A DNA stretch of 64,000 nt from Lentisphaeria bacterium (GTDB taxonomy: Bacteria; Verrucomicrobiota; Lentisphaeria; Victivallales; UBA1829), in assembly GCA_017963105.1 (NCBI GenBank), contig JAGCTY010000175.1, forward strand, positions 51 to 64,050, read 5' to 3'. Shown piece by piece: positions 37,573-46,609 of the stretch; positions within the stretch are counted from its first letter, which is position 1; each line of letters starts with the position of its first letter. The notes under the pieces were generated by a model, which saw only the letters and a program-made list of their open reading frames with translations, did not search any database and had not been told where the DNA came from. A program made the translations under genes and the position numbers.

Positions 37573-37828
37573 AAGGGAAACTTCTATTGATCGGCTCCGG
37601 CGTCTTTCCGCGTGCGGGCATATTCCGATTGGAAAGTTTTTCTGTGGCGACGCGGTCTGCCGCGCTCGGATCTTCCCGTATCGGTCTGTCTGCCCGTCCG
37701 CCGATGAATCCGTCCGGGCCGAATGAGCAGGAGTTTTCTGAAGGATTGAAATGTTTCGGGTGTGAAACGATTTCAGTATCATCCATCATCAACTGAACAG
37801 AACAAAACCAGGAAAGGACTTGCCTGTC

Positions 37829-38845
37829 ATGGACGCGAAAAACGACTCCAAGCTGATCCGGATCGGCGTCTTCTACGATGGAAATTATTTCTATCATGTC
37901 AGCAACTACTATTACCACGGACATCCGCGCAAAAGCCGTATCAGCGTCCCGGGCCTTCACAGCCTCATCCGCACCATGGTGGCGGAACGCGAGCATGTAA
38001 GCGAAAACCTCTGCCGCATCGTCGACAGCCACTATTTCCGGGGCCGTCTGACCGCGGCGGAAGCGAACCTCCGTCATTTGTTATTTTCCGAACGCAATTT
38101 CGACGACGTCCTGACGCGGGAAGGCGTCGTGGCGCATTTCCTCCCCGTCAGCCACGGATCCGAAAAGGGCGCGAATATCTCGCTGGCCCTTGAGGCCTAC
38201 GAACAGATGATCAACACCGGGTTCGACGTCGTAGTCCTGGTCGCCTGCGACGGCGACTATGTCCCGCTTGTCCGCAAGCTCAACGCCCTTGGCGCGCGCG
38301 TTATGGTGATCGGCTGGGAGTATTCCTACGACGACGACAACGGCGGCCACCGCCAGACCATGACCTCCGGACGCCTGATGGCCGAGGCCACCTACGGCAT
38401 CTGGATGCAGGACATCATCAACAAGCAGCTTTACCCGCAGGACAAGATCGACGCGCTGTTCGTCTCCGGCGGCGGCTCCAGTTATTCCTTCTCCGACGGA
38501 GCTCCCGAGCCGGACGACGGCTACGAGGAGGAGGACGACTACGACGAGACGCTGCCCCCGGAACGCCGCTGCGGTACCGTGGTTCAGCTGAAAAGCGGAT
38601 ACGGTTTCATCACGCCGGATAGGGGCGACCACGATTTCTTCTTCCTGTGGGAGGACCTCGAAAACTGCGAGTTCGACGAACTGTCCATCAACGACAAGGT
38701 CGAATTCGAAGTCGGCACCAACGACCGCGGCGAATGCGCCCGCAAGGTCCTCTGGCTGGATGCCAACGGGGTTCCTTATTCCGCTCCGGCCGCGGCCGGA
38801 AACGAGGAGAAACAGGACGATGGGAACGGGGATTCCGTCGTTTGA
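37829..38845 (+). CDS. NYN-domain (LabA/DUF88-like) protein fused to a C-terminal cold-shock domain
   Basis: Start at ATG 37829 (AGGAAAGGA 10 nt upstream). NYN-like block: IRIGVFYDGNYF...VVVLVACDGDYVPLVRKLNALGARVMVIG. C-terminal CSD: GTVVQLKSGYGFITPDRGDHDFFFLWEDL. Confidence 0.75.
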   Translation: MDAKNDSKLIRIGVFYDGNYFYHVSNYYYHGHPRKSRISVPGLHSLIRTMVAEREHVSENLCRIVDSHYFRGRLTAAEANLRHLLFSERNFDDVLTREGVVAHFLPVSHGSEKGANISLALEAYEQMINTGFDVVVLVACDGDYVPLVRKLNALGARVMVIGWEYSYDDDNGGHRQTMTSGRLMAEATYGIWMQDIINKQLYPQDKIDALFVSGGGSSYSFSDGAPEPDDGYEEEDDYDETLPPERRCGTVVQLKSGYGFITPDRGDHDFFFLWEDLENCEFDELSINDKVEFEVGTNDRGECARKVLWLDANGVPYSAPAAAGNEEKQDDGNGDSVV

Positions 38846-38939
38846 ACAGAGCCTCTTTCCCCGGCGTATGTGCCCTGACGCCGGGCGTGCGGGAGAACGA
38901 TGCGCGCCCCGGCTTCGGCCAACCGGATAACACCTGACT

Positions 38940-39758
38940 ATGAAGACGCGTGCAACGGACAGGATCAGTCAATTCGGAGACATGGCTTTCCATCTCAAAG
39001 ACGAAGCCGTGTCCATGGTTTCGTTTCTGGGCGACATCACCGCCGCCCTGTGGGAAGGCATCCGCCACCCGAAACGCCTCCGCTGGAAGGATTTCCTGTT
39101 CTACATGAACACCTGCGGCCCGGACGGCCTGCCGATCACGATCATGATCAGCGCGCTGATGGGCGTGGTGCTGGCGTACCAGGCCGAAGTGCAGTCGCAC
39201 AAATACGGCGCGGACAATTTCCTGCCCATGGTCATCGGCTGCACCATCCTGCGCGAGCTCGGCCCGCTGATGGTCGCCATCGTCGCGACCGGCCGCAGCG
39301 GCTCCGCGTTCGCCGCCGAGATCGGCACCATGAAGATTTCGGAGGAGCTCGACGCCCTCCGCACCATGGGCATCCGTCCCGCGCGGTTCCTGGTGGTTCC
39401 GAAGATGTGGGCGATGCTGCTTATGCTGCCGCTGCTGACCGCCGTGGGCGATTTCGTCGGCTGCGCCGGCGGCTACATGGTGCTGAAATCCGAGCTCGGG
39501 ATGCCGCTGGACGTCTTCCTGCGTCTGACCCGGCAGGGTGTCGCGGTCAAGTATTTCGTCGAGGGCATCCTGAAGAGCATCGTCTTCGCCTACATTATCA
39601 CGGCGACCGGCTGCTGGCGCGGGTTCCGCACGGGCAGCGACGCCATCGCGGTCGGGCGTTCCACGACCTCGGCGGTCGTGACCAGCATCCTCTTCATCGT
39701 GCTGGCGGACGCCTTCCTCGCGAAACTTTTCACCATGTTCTACGGATTGCAGGGCTGA
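38940..39758 (+). CDS. mlaE: MlaE-family ABC transporter permease
   Basis: 272 aa with LRELGPLMVAIVATGRSGSAFAAEIGTMKISEELDALRTMGI, typical of MlaE/YrbE. Confidence 0.88.
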   Translation: MKTRATDRISQFGDMAFHLKDEAVSMVSFLGDITAALWEGIRHPKRLRWKDFLFYMNTCGPDGLPITIMISALMGVVLAYQAEVQSHKYGADNFLPMVIGCTILRELGPLMVAIVATGRSGSAFAAEIGTMKISEELDALRTMGIRPARFLVVPKMWAMLLMLPLLTAVGDFVGCAGGYMVLKSELGMPLDVFLRLTRQGVAVKYFVEGILKSIVFAYIITATGCWRGFRTGSDAIAVGRSTTSAVVTSILFIVLADAFLAKLFTMFYGLQG

Positions 39759-39761
39759 ACC

Positions 39762-40583
39762 ATGACGGACAATGTAATCAGTCCCGTGCCCGCTCCCGAA
39801 AGCGCCGTGCCCGCCATCGAGGTCCGCGATCTCGCCATCGGCTATGGGGCGCGCGTCGTGCTCGAAAACCTGAATTTCCGCATCGAACCCGGCCAGATCG
39901 TGACCATCCTCGGCGGCTCCGGCTGCGGCAAAAGCACCCTGCTCAAGCACATCATCGGCCTTCACAGGCCGATCCGCGGCGACATCCTCATCAACGGACG
40001 CAGCATCGTGAACGCAGACGAACAGGAGAAGCGTTCCATCATGTCCGAATTCGGCGTGGCATACCAGGGCGGCGCGCTCTTCCGGTCCCTGAACCTCGCC
40101 GAAAACATCGCACTCCCCATGGAGGAGCTCACGAACTGGAAGCGCGACGAGATCAGGAAACGCGTCTCGGAAAAACTTGCGCTCGTCCACCTGAACGGGT
40201 TCGAACACTACATGCCCTCGGACCTTTCCGGCGGCATGATCAAACGCGCCGCCTTCGCGCGCGCCCTTGCACTCGATCCGAAACTCCTTTTCTTCGACGA
40301 ACCTTCCGCCGGGCTCGATCCGCTGACCTCCGACATGCTCGACAATGTGATCCTGGAGATCCGCGAGAAGACGCACGCCACGATCATGATGGTCACGCAC
40401 GAGCTTCCCAGCATCTTCCGCGTCTCCGACCGCGTGATCATGCTTTCCGCGGAAAAGAAGGGCGTCGTGGATGACGGGGCGCCCGCGTATCTCCGCGACC
40501 ACAGCGCCGACGAATACGTCCGCACGTTCCTTTCGCGCGGCGGCACATACAAAAGCAACAGCACGGAGCCGGACCATGCCTGA
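39762..40583 (+). CDS. mlaF: MlaF-like ABC transporter ATP-binding protein
   Basis: 273 aa with Walker A GGSGCGKST, signature LSGGMIKRAAFARAL and Walker B LLFFDEPSAGLDP. Confidence 0.88.
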   Translation: MTDNVISPVPAPESAVPAIEVRDLAIGYGARVVLENLNFRIEPGQIVTILGGSGCGKSTLLKHIIGLHRPIRGDILINGRSIVNADEQEKRSIMSEFGVAYQGGALFRSLNLAENIALPMEELTNWKRDEIRKRVSEKLALVHLNGFEHYMPSDLSGGMIKRAAFARALALDPKLLFFDEPSAGLDPLTSDMLDNVILEIREKTHATIMMVTHELPSIFRVSDRVIMLSAEKKGVVDDGAPAYLRDHSADEYVRTFLSRGGTYKSNSTEPDHA

Positions 40584-40628
40584 CAACCCGGCCGTTTCCA
40601 TGTCTTTTCCAGGAAGGAATCCCGTATC

Positions 40629-41642
40629 ATGAACGACAACAGTAAATTCAAACTCGGACTGTTCATCATCTTTGCCGCGGTCATCTTCTTCGCCGCCCTG
40701 TTCATTCTCGGCACCATGGACCGCTTCAAGGAAAAGGCGTACATCTCCACGCTCGTCTCGGAATCCGTGCAGGGGCTTTCCGTCGGCTCCTCCGTGAAAT
40801 ACCAGGGCGTGCCCATCGGCAGCGTCCGCGAGATCATGATCTATCCCGGCGACAACGTCATCCGCATCGACATGGAGATCAACATCTCCAAGTTCAAAAT
40901 TCAGCAGCCCGGCCATGCCCCCGTCACGATCACCGTCGAGGAGTTCAACAATAACATCAACAGGGTGGTGGAGAACGGTCTCCGCTGCCGCATGGAGCTC
41001 GAGGGCATCACCGGCTCCAAGTACATCGAACTCCAGCCCGACAAGGATGCCGCGCCGTCGACTTTTGACGTCACGGAATTCGGCCTCGAATATCCCTATG
41101 TTCCCAGCCAGCCGTCCCTCATCAGCGACCTCCGCGGAAGCGTCACCACCATCCTTGCCAAGCTCGAAAGCATCGACTACAAGGGCATCAGCGACCGCAC
41201 GAACGCCGTGCTGGACTCCATCAACGAGCGCGTCAATTCCCCGAAATTCGACGAGACGATCGACAACGTGAACACCATGGTCAACGAGGCGCGCAGGAGC
41301 ATCGAAAACCTCGAAAAGCTCACCGGGCCCGAGCTCCACGAAAAGATCGACGACATTACGAAGAACGTCGACGCCGCCGTGACCGCCGTCGAATCCCTCA
41401 CGAAATCCGTCGAGGAGGAGATCAAATCCATCGAGTTCGCTCAGATCAGTGAAAATCTCCGCTCCTTCCTCTCCACGGCCATTCGCACAGGCAAGACCCT
41501 CGACGAAACCCTCCTCAATGTCAACAACGGCGTCGATGCCCTCATCGAACTCATCCTTTACATCGACAGCGACCCGACTGCCCTGATCCAGGGCAAGAAA
41601 AAACCGAAATCCGATGTCGGCCAGGCCGAAGAAAAACGCTGA
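40629..41642 (+). CDS. mlaD: MlaD/MCE-domain protein with a long helical C-terminal extension
   Basis: 337 aa: N-terminal TM helix, then the MCE block GLSVGSSVKYQGVPIGSVREI. Confidence 0.82.
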   Translation: MNDNSKFKLGLFIIFAAVIFFAALFILGTMDRFKEKAYISTLVSESVQGLSVGSSVKYQGVPIGSVREIMIYPGDNVIRIDMEINISKFKIQQPGHAPVTITVEEFNNNINRVVENGLRCRMELEGITGSKYIELQPDKDAAPSTFDVTEFGLEYPYVPSQPSLISDLRGSVTTILAKLESIDYKGISDRTNAVLDSINERVNSPKFDETIDNVNTMVNEARRSIENLEKLTGPELHEKIDDITKNVDAAVTAVESLTKSVEEEIKSIEFAQISENLRSFLSTAIRTGKTLDETLLNVNNGVDALIELILYIDSDPTALIQGKKKPKSDVGQAEEKR

Positions 41643-41734
41643 ACGCGCCCTCATGACGGGCCCGGCGTATCGGACAACCTGAATTCAAGCCATCGCTCTT
41701 TCACTGCATCAATCATCACCCAGGAGAACCCCAA

Positions 41735-42289
41735 ATGAACGTCCTTATCCTGAACGGAAGCCCCCGCAGGAACGGCAACACCTCCCATGCCCTGCGCGCG
41801 ATCGAAGACGGCCTCAGCCCGCGCCACACGGTCGAGTCCCTGAACGTCTATGACTTTACGTTCCGCCCCTGCCGCAACTGCGATGCCTGCAAGCGCAACG
41901 GCGGCAACTGCATCCAGGTCGACGACACCGTCAAAATCATTGAGAAGGTGACCGCCGCCGACCTTGTGATCTTCGGGTCGCCCGTTTACTGGTGGGGCAT
42001 CTCCGCCCAGCTGAAGGATGTCGTCGACAAGTTCTACTCCCGCGACGACGCTTCCGACGGGAAATCGCCCACGCTGCGGACAAAGAAGAAAATCGGCATC
42101 GTGGCCTGCGGGGCCGATTCCCTCAGCAATCCCGAGTACAAGCTCATCTCCGACCAGTTCCACTGCATCGCGGAGTTCCTCGGCTGGGAAGTCGTACTGG
42201 ATGAATCCGTCTGCGCCGCTGCTGCCGACGACCTGGCGAAAGACGCCGCACGTCTCGCCGCGCTGAAGGCCGCCGCGGAAAAACTCTGA
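41735..42289 (+). CDS. iron-sulfur flavoprotein / NAD(P)H-dependent FMN reductase-fold protein
   Basis: 184 aa with MNVLILNGSPRRNGNT (flavodoxin-like FMN site) and the compact Cys motif CRNCDACKRNGGNC (CX2CX2CX6C), as in Isf-type proteins. Confidence 0.8.
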   Translation: MNVLILNGSPRRNGNTSHALRAIEDGLSPRHTVESLNVYDFTFRPCRNCDACKRNGGNCIQVDDTVKIIEKVTAADLVIFGSPVYWWGISAQLKDVVDKFYSRDDASDGKSPTLRTKKKIGIVACGADSLSNPEYKLISDQFHCIAEFLGWEVVLDESVCAAAADDLAKDAARLAALKAAAEKL

Positions 42290-42403
42290 TTCCCGCGCTC
42301 CATATTCTTCTTGTTTCCTCCGCCGGACCTCCATGAGGATCCGGCAGTATTTGCTTCTACCCCGCTGCGGAAACGGATGAGTTTGGAAAACAGGACGAAA
42401 AAA

Positions 42404-42432
42404 GCGGACGCATCGGAAACGCGTCCGCTTTT
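42404..42432. terminator. bidirectional rho-independent terminator
   Basis: Stem gcggacgc (42404-42411) pairs with gcgtccgc (42421-42428), with a 9-nt loop. An A-run lies upstream and tttt downstream. It sits between the convergent flavoprotein gene and tRNA-Gln. Confidence 0.75.
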
Positions 42433-42447
42433 GTAAAGCAGTAGGAG

Positions 42448-42521
42448 TGGCTGCCCGTCCAGGACTCGAACCTAGACTAAATGAACCAGAATCACTTGTG
42501 CTACCATTACACCAACGGGCA
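42448..42521 (-). tRNA. tRNA-Gln (anticodon CTG)
   Basis: Hand-folded 74-nt cloverleaf on the minus strand: acceptor TGCCCGT/ACGGGCA, D arm GTGT/GCAC, anticodon stem AGTGA/TCATT, loop TTCTGGT, T arm CTAGG-TTCGAGT-CCTGG, encoded CCA. Confidence 0.88.
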
Positions 42522-42730
42522 GGATGAAAACGGGATTGACCGTTTGAATGAGATATTAATATAGCCGCAATTATGGAAAATGCAAGTCGAAAACGCGGAA
42601 AACGCCGGAAAAAACGCCGTTGTCCTCGTTTTTTCCGAAATCTTTACGAAAAGACAACACGTGCCGACGCATTCTTTGCGAAAGGCCGTATGCGAAAACG
42701 GGGTCTGAACGCGGGGCGGGCGGGATGGCT

Positions 42731-42832
42731 GCCGCAACACCGCTTCGAACTGGAACGCATCCCCGCAAGCACTATGGACAGTTTCCCAAGGTTGTTGAGG
42801 CCGCAACACCGTTTCGAACTGGAACGCATCCC
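42731..42832 (+). repeat. two copies of a 33-bp direct repeat separated by 36 bp
   Basis: gccgcaacaccgCttcgaactggaacgcatccc at 42731-42763 and gccgcaacaccgTttcgaactggaacgcatccc at 42800-42832, with one mismatch, in an intergenic region. Confidence 0.9.
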
Positions 42833-43060
42833 GGACAGCCCGGACACTTGATGCCGCGGCATCGGCCGTCGGCGGCTGTTGCCCCGGTCCGCCCGGGAAT
42901 ACGCACGCGACGGTCCCCGATACGCCCGTTCAAGCCGCGGGCGTACCTGACGTGGCTGCCGGCATAAAGAATTTCGTTTTCCGCGTGATGCCCGCGCCAG
43001 CTTTTTTGCGGGCTTGTCGTGCGTTTTCGATAAAAAACCGTTTTGAGCGAGTTCCCCTGC

Positions 43061-43089
43061 TTGATTTTTTGAAAGGGAAATGGTATATT
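43061..43089 (+). promoter_or_regulatory. sigma-70-type promoter (TTGATT-N17-TATATT), about 240 nt upstream of tRNA(CAT)
   Basis: ttgatt at 43061-43066 and tatatt at 43084-43089, with spacer ttttgaaagggaaatgg. One of the best consensus matches in the window. Confidence 0.6.
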
Positions 43090-43328
43090 ATCAATATTGT
43101 GATTCCTGTGTCGGATTTCTTTTCCCTTTCCCCCGGCAGGACAGGTTTCTCCGCCCTGAAAAATTGCGGCGGATGACCGTCGGAAGAGGCGGGTTGCGAG
43201 CCGGGTTGTTCGGCGTTTCGGGGCGATTTGCCGGGAAGCCGGTTACCCCGCGGTGAGATGAACCGCAAGCGGCCGAGGACGGGAAAGGAGTTCAGCACGC
43301 GGGAAACGGCGTTTTTGCCGCTTTTTGT

Positions 43329-43404
43329 GGATCCTTAGCTCAGTGGTTAGAGCGGAGGTCTCATAAACCTTTGGTCGCTGGTTCGAACCCGGCAGGATCC
43401 ACCA
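43329..43404 (+). tRNA. tRNA with anticodon CAT (elongator Met, or Ile2 if lysidine-modified; not an initiator)
   Basis: Hand-folded 76-nt cloverleaf: acceptor GGATCCT/AGGATCC (G1-C72, so not an initiator), D arm GCTC/GAGC, anticodon stem GAGGT/ACCTT, loop CTCATAA, T arm GCTGG-TTCGAAC-CCGGC, encoded CCA. Confidence 0.9.
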
Positions 43405-43410
43405 TTTTTT
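43360..43410 (+). repeat. attL: 51-bp direct repeat (tRNA anticodon loop through CCA plus tttttt)
   Basis: ctcataaacctttggtcgctggttcgaacccggcaggatccaccatttttt is identical to 58481-58531. Confidence 0.95.
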
Positions 43411-43753
43411 ACGCTCTGATTATCAAGTGTTTGAGTTTGATTTCTCTTCATTGTTTCGTTTCCGTCTTTTTGTCTCGTTTTTCCTTGTTTTTGGACTGTT
43501 CGCAAGGTGATTTTGTAAAGACTTTGTAAAGTTCATTTTGAGGGGAGCAGCTGTTAAGGTTTTTCTTCAGTGTTGCAGACTTTTCGTGCCGCTGCTCCGA
43601 CAACTTACCCAGACGGCTTGGAAAAAACCAATGCAAGCTCACTTCTATTTGCTGGCGGGGGTAGCTGCATGGCTTGGACACGAGCTGGACGAAAAGTCTT
43701 TCTGTACCCCCGCATGAGAATAAAGCTCGTGGCGTGACCGAACACGAATAGAA

Positions 43754-43927
43754 TCAATAGCCAAGACTCTCAAGCGCTTGTTTAGCCTCTTCAACTCCTT
43801 GTTCTGCAGCCCTACGATACCATTTGCCTGCTTCGGTCACATTTTTTCTTGTTCCAATACCTTTTTCGTAATAGAGACCAAGAGTTAGTTGTGCAATCGG
43901 GAGCCCCTGTTCAGCTGATTTACTATA
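43754..43927 (-). pseudogene. in-frame continuation of the Sel1-repeat gene beyond its TGA (57 more codons, about 1.5 more Sel1 repeats)
   Basis: Reading through TGA 43928-43930 gives ...AAESFK*YSKSAEQGLPIAQLTLGLYYEKGIGTRKNVTEAGKWYRRAAEQGVEEAKQALESLGY*. The stop sits exactly where every other repeat has Trp (KWY.KAAEQG). Confidence 0.65.
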
Positions 43928-46525
43928 TCATTTAAAGGATTCTGCCGCGTCTTTTTCAACTCCCAATCCCCCCGCATAACAACCACCAAGAGCCCCTTGT
44001 GCCTCAGCAAGTTCTTGTTCAGCAGCTTTGCGGTACCATTTGACCGCTTCCGTTTTGTTTTCGGATACCCCAGTTCCGCTGAGATAGCAATCTCCCAATG
44101 CACACTGGGCCTCTGCAAGGCCCTGATCAGCGGCTTTCTTAAACCAACTAAATGCGGTGTACTCGTTTTCTGTTACACCTATTCCATTTTCATAGCAGAA
44201 ACCAATGGCTGCCTGAGCCTCTGCATAATCTTGTTCAGCAGCCTTGCGATACCATTTCACTGCTTCTGGTTGATTCTCGCTCACACCGGTCCCAGTAATA
44301 TAGCATTCACCTAACTTGTTCTGTGCTTCTGCAAGTCCCTGCTCAGCCGCCTTCTTATACCAGCTGAAAGCAGCAGATTCATTTTCTGTTACACCTATTC
44401 CATTTTCATAGCAGAAACCAAGGGCTGCCTGAGCCTCTGCATAATCTTGTTCAGCGGCTTTACGAATCCATTTTACTGCTTCTGTCTGGTTTTCACTCAC
44501 ACCGGTTCCAGCAATATAGCATTCCCCCAACTTATACTGTGCGTCTGCGTCTCCTTGTTCAGCCGCCTTCTTATACCAGATAAACGCAGTGTTCTCATTT
44601 ACTGTTACCCCTAGTCCATTCTCATAACAGACCCCCAAAGCATACTGCGCCTCAGGGATATCTTGTTCAGCAGCCTTGCGATACCATTTCACTGCTTCTG
44701 GTTGATTCTCGCTCACACCGGTCCCAGTAATATAGCAATCCCCCAGCTTGGTCTGTGCCAATGCAAGGTCTTGGTCGGCGGCTTTCTTGTACCAGCCGAA
44801 CGCGGCAGATTCATTTTCAGTCACACCTATTCCATTCTCATAACAGCCCCCTAGCATAAGCTGAGCCCAATCCAAACCCTGTTCTGCGGCTTTGCGAAGC
44901 CATTTTACTGCCTCGGTGGGATTAATCTCAGAACCTGTTTCGAAGATATCAAGATAGAAAGATCCGAGTATGAACTGCGCCTCTGCAATGTTCTGTCCCG
45001 CAGCTTTACGAAGCCATTTTTCTGCCAGAGCATTGTCTTGGGTTACCCCAAATCCCTCGGCAAAACAATCACCGTATTGCAACTGCGCCCAAACATCTCC
45101 TGACTCTGCAACAGGTTTCAGGTATTCACAATAGTGTTTCTGCAATTTTGCTGAAGCATTATCCCATGTTTCATCATCATCGTCTATACTCTCGGTAGCA
45201 ATATCCGCGATATCAATAGATAGTCCCTCTTCGGAAAGCGGACGTTTCAGTTGGCTTGCGGAGATTGGTGCGCTAGTATAAAGCCCTTCAAGCCCAATGA
45301 CGGGGAGATGATGAATGTCAACCGCCTTTTCACCGGCCAGACTGAGGTTAAAGCCCATCAGAGAAACGCAATCTCCATCGGCATTGAACCCGAAGATAGC
45401 ATTTTCGAAAACACTGTTGATTGCACGCATGGCATCGCCGACAGTCGTCCGGTTACCGTTGGATGTCTTCATTACCTGAAGCTCCAAATCTCGGCAACGG
45501 AACGGCACGGTCCCCACTTGGACAGACTCCTGAACGGCATTCTTGATTAATCCGTCAGCGGAGGAAATGACACCTTGACCTCGTTCCACCCGGATCAGCG
45601 GTTCATGGGAACACATGTATTGGATAAGCTTCAGCGAGGACGTCGTGTTTAAATTGGCTCTGAACTTTAAGTCTGAACTTGCGTTGCTCGGTATCTGGAA
45701 AACTGCTAAAGTCGTGTCCGGAACTGCATTCGTTAGAGGTTCATTTCCCGCATATACAGGAATGCTGAAATTCTGTGGTACGAAACGAAGGTCCGAATCT
45801 GTGTTGTTTTTGAATGTGATAAAAAATGTCAAGTGGCAGTTTGTTATTTTTGTATTTTGGAGAATCTGCGCTTTCTCTTCAAAAAGATTTGAAAGAGCAC
45901 GTTGGGCGTGTTCGTTCCATTGCGACGTTTTAGTCCTATCATAATCTATTCCGGCATACCCGGAAGTGACCCATTCGAATCCCGCTTTTGCAGAAAACCA
46001 TTTAAAAGGATTCCACCCTTTTATGTTTATATCACCGCCCACATCTACATCCAGCTTGGTTTTTGCTCCCGCGTTGATCTTGGTCGCACTGGATAAGCCC
46101 TTGGATTCATCACGATTCTTGCGGCTTTCTTCCTGATAAAGGCTTTCCGTAGAAAGAAGAATATTTGTGGCGCTGTCCACTTCATAGGCAATTTCGATGG
46201 AATGGATCGTCCACTGGAGCGGAGCACGGTAGAGCAACTGTGCCGCAGAAAACGCTTGTTCAACAGACTGAACCTGAGCATTTGTCAAGGCCGGGTATTT
46301 GCTCCGGATCGTTTCGATTTTTTGTTGTTCGGTTTTGTTGCTTCCGGCGATTTCTTTGAGCTCATTCAAGGCCATTTCCCGTGCGATGGAATTTTCGGAC
46401 GGATTTTTTTGAATGATTTGGTTTTGAGCGTCTTCTACGACGTCCCAGAGATTGTCAGCAAAGACAAAGAGTGAGAATGTGAGGAAGGTGCTGATTACGC
46501 AAAGTGTGACAGGAAAACGCTTCAT
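43928..46525 (-). CDS. secreted protein: unknown N-terminal domain of about 430 aa plus about 12 Sel1 (SLR/TPR-like) repeats
   Basis: 865 aa with a signal peptide (MKRFPVTLCVISTFLTFSLFVFA). The C-terminal half is built from reiterated units A.KWYRKAAEQG.AEAQ..LG.CY..G.GV..N. Confidence 0.85.
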   Translation of the reverse strand: MKRFPVTLCVISTFLTFSLFVFADNLWDVVEDAQNQIIQKNPSENSIAREMALNELKEIAGSNKTEQQKIETIRSKYPALTNAQVQSVEQAFSAAQLLYRAPLQWTIHSIEIAYEVDSATNILLSTESLYQEESRKNRDESKGLSSATKINAGAKTKLDVDVGGDINIKGWNPFKWFSAKAGFEWVTSGYAGIDYDRTKTSQWNEHAQRALSNLFEEKAQILQNTKITNCHLTFFITFKNNTDSDLRFVPQNFSIPVYAGNEPLTNAVPDTTLAVFQIPSNASSDLKFRANLNTTSSLKLIQYMCSHEPLIRVERGQGVISSADGLIKNAVQESVQVGTVPFRCRDLELQVMKTSNGNRTTVGDAMRAINSVFENAIFGFNADGDCVSLMGFNLSLAGEKAVDIHHLPVIGLEGLYTSAPISASQLKRPLSEEGLSIDIADIATESIDDDDETWDNASAKLQKHYCEYLKPVAESGDVWAQLQYGDCFAEGFGVTQDNALAEKWLRKAAGQNIAEAQFILGSFYLDIFETGSEINPTEAVKWLRKAAEQGLDWAQLMLGGCYENGIGVTENESAAFGWYKKAADQDLALAQTKLGDCYITGTGVSENQPEAVKWYRKAAEQDIPEAQYALGVCYENGLGVTVNENTAFIWYKKAAEQGDADAQYKLGECYIAGTGVSENQTEAVKWIRKAAEQDYAEAQAALGFCYENGIGVTENESAAFSWYKKAAEQGLAEAQNKLGECYITGTGVSENQPEAVKWYRKAAEQDYAEAQAAIGFCYENGIGVTENEYTAFSWFKKAADQGLAEAQCALGDCYLSGTGVSENKTEAVKWYRKAAEQELAEAQGALGGCYAGGLGVEKDAAESFK

Positions 46526-46609
46526 TTTTAGCTCTTTGTTTTGTTTGTTATAAGATTATCAACGAGTGAATTAGTTTTTTGAAAAATGTATTCCGCAAAA
46601 TATGGTGTT

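Noticed and set aside
38688-41654. 988-aa minus-strand ORF
   Set aside because: It is antisense to mlaE, mlaF and mlaD, all of which carry canonical motifs. Its composition is again R/G/D/H/A-rich and featureless.
42731-42832. Calling the 33-bp repeat pair a CRISPR array
   Set aside because: There are only two repeats and one spacer, no leader-like AT-rich flank, and no cas genes anywhere in the window. It is kept as a plain repeat and a low-interest finding.
43928-43930. TGA-to-Trp genetic-code reassignment in the island
   Set aside because: There is only a single instance. The extended frame itself terminates at another TGA (43754-43756). Neighbouring island and host genes (the clamp homologue, rpoN, the 25-aa ORF) also end in TGA. 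A point mutation or sequencing error is more parsimonious.
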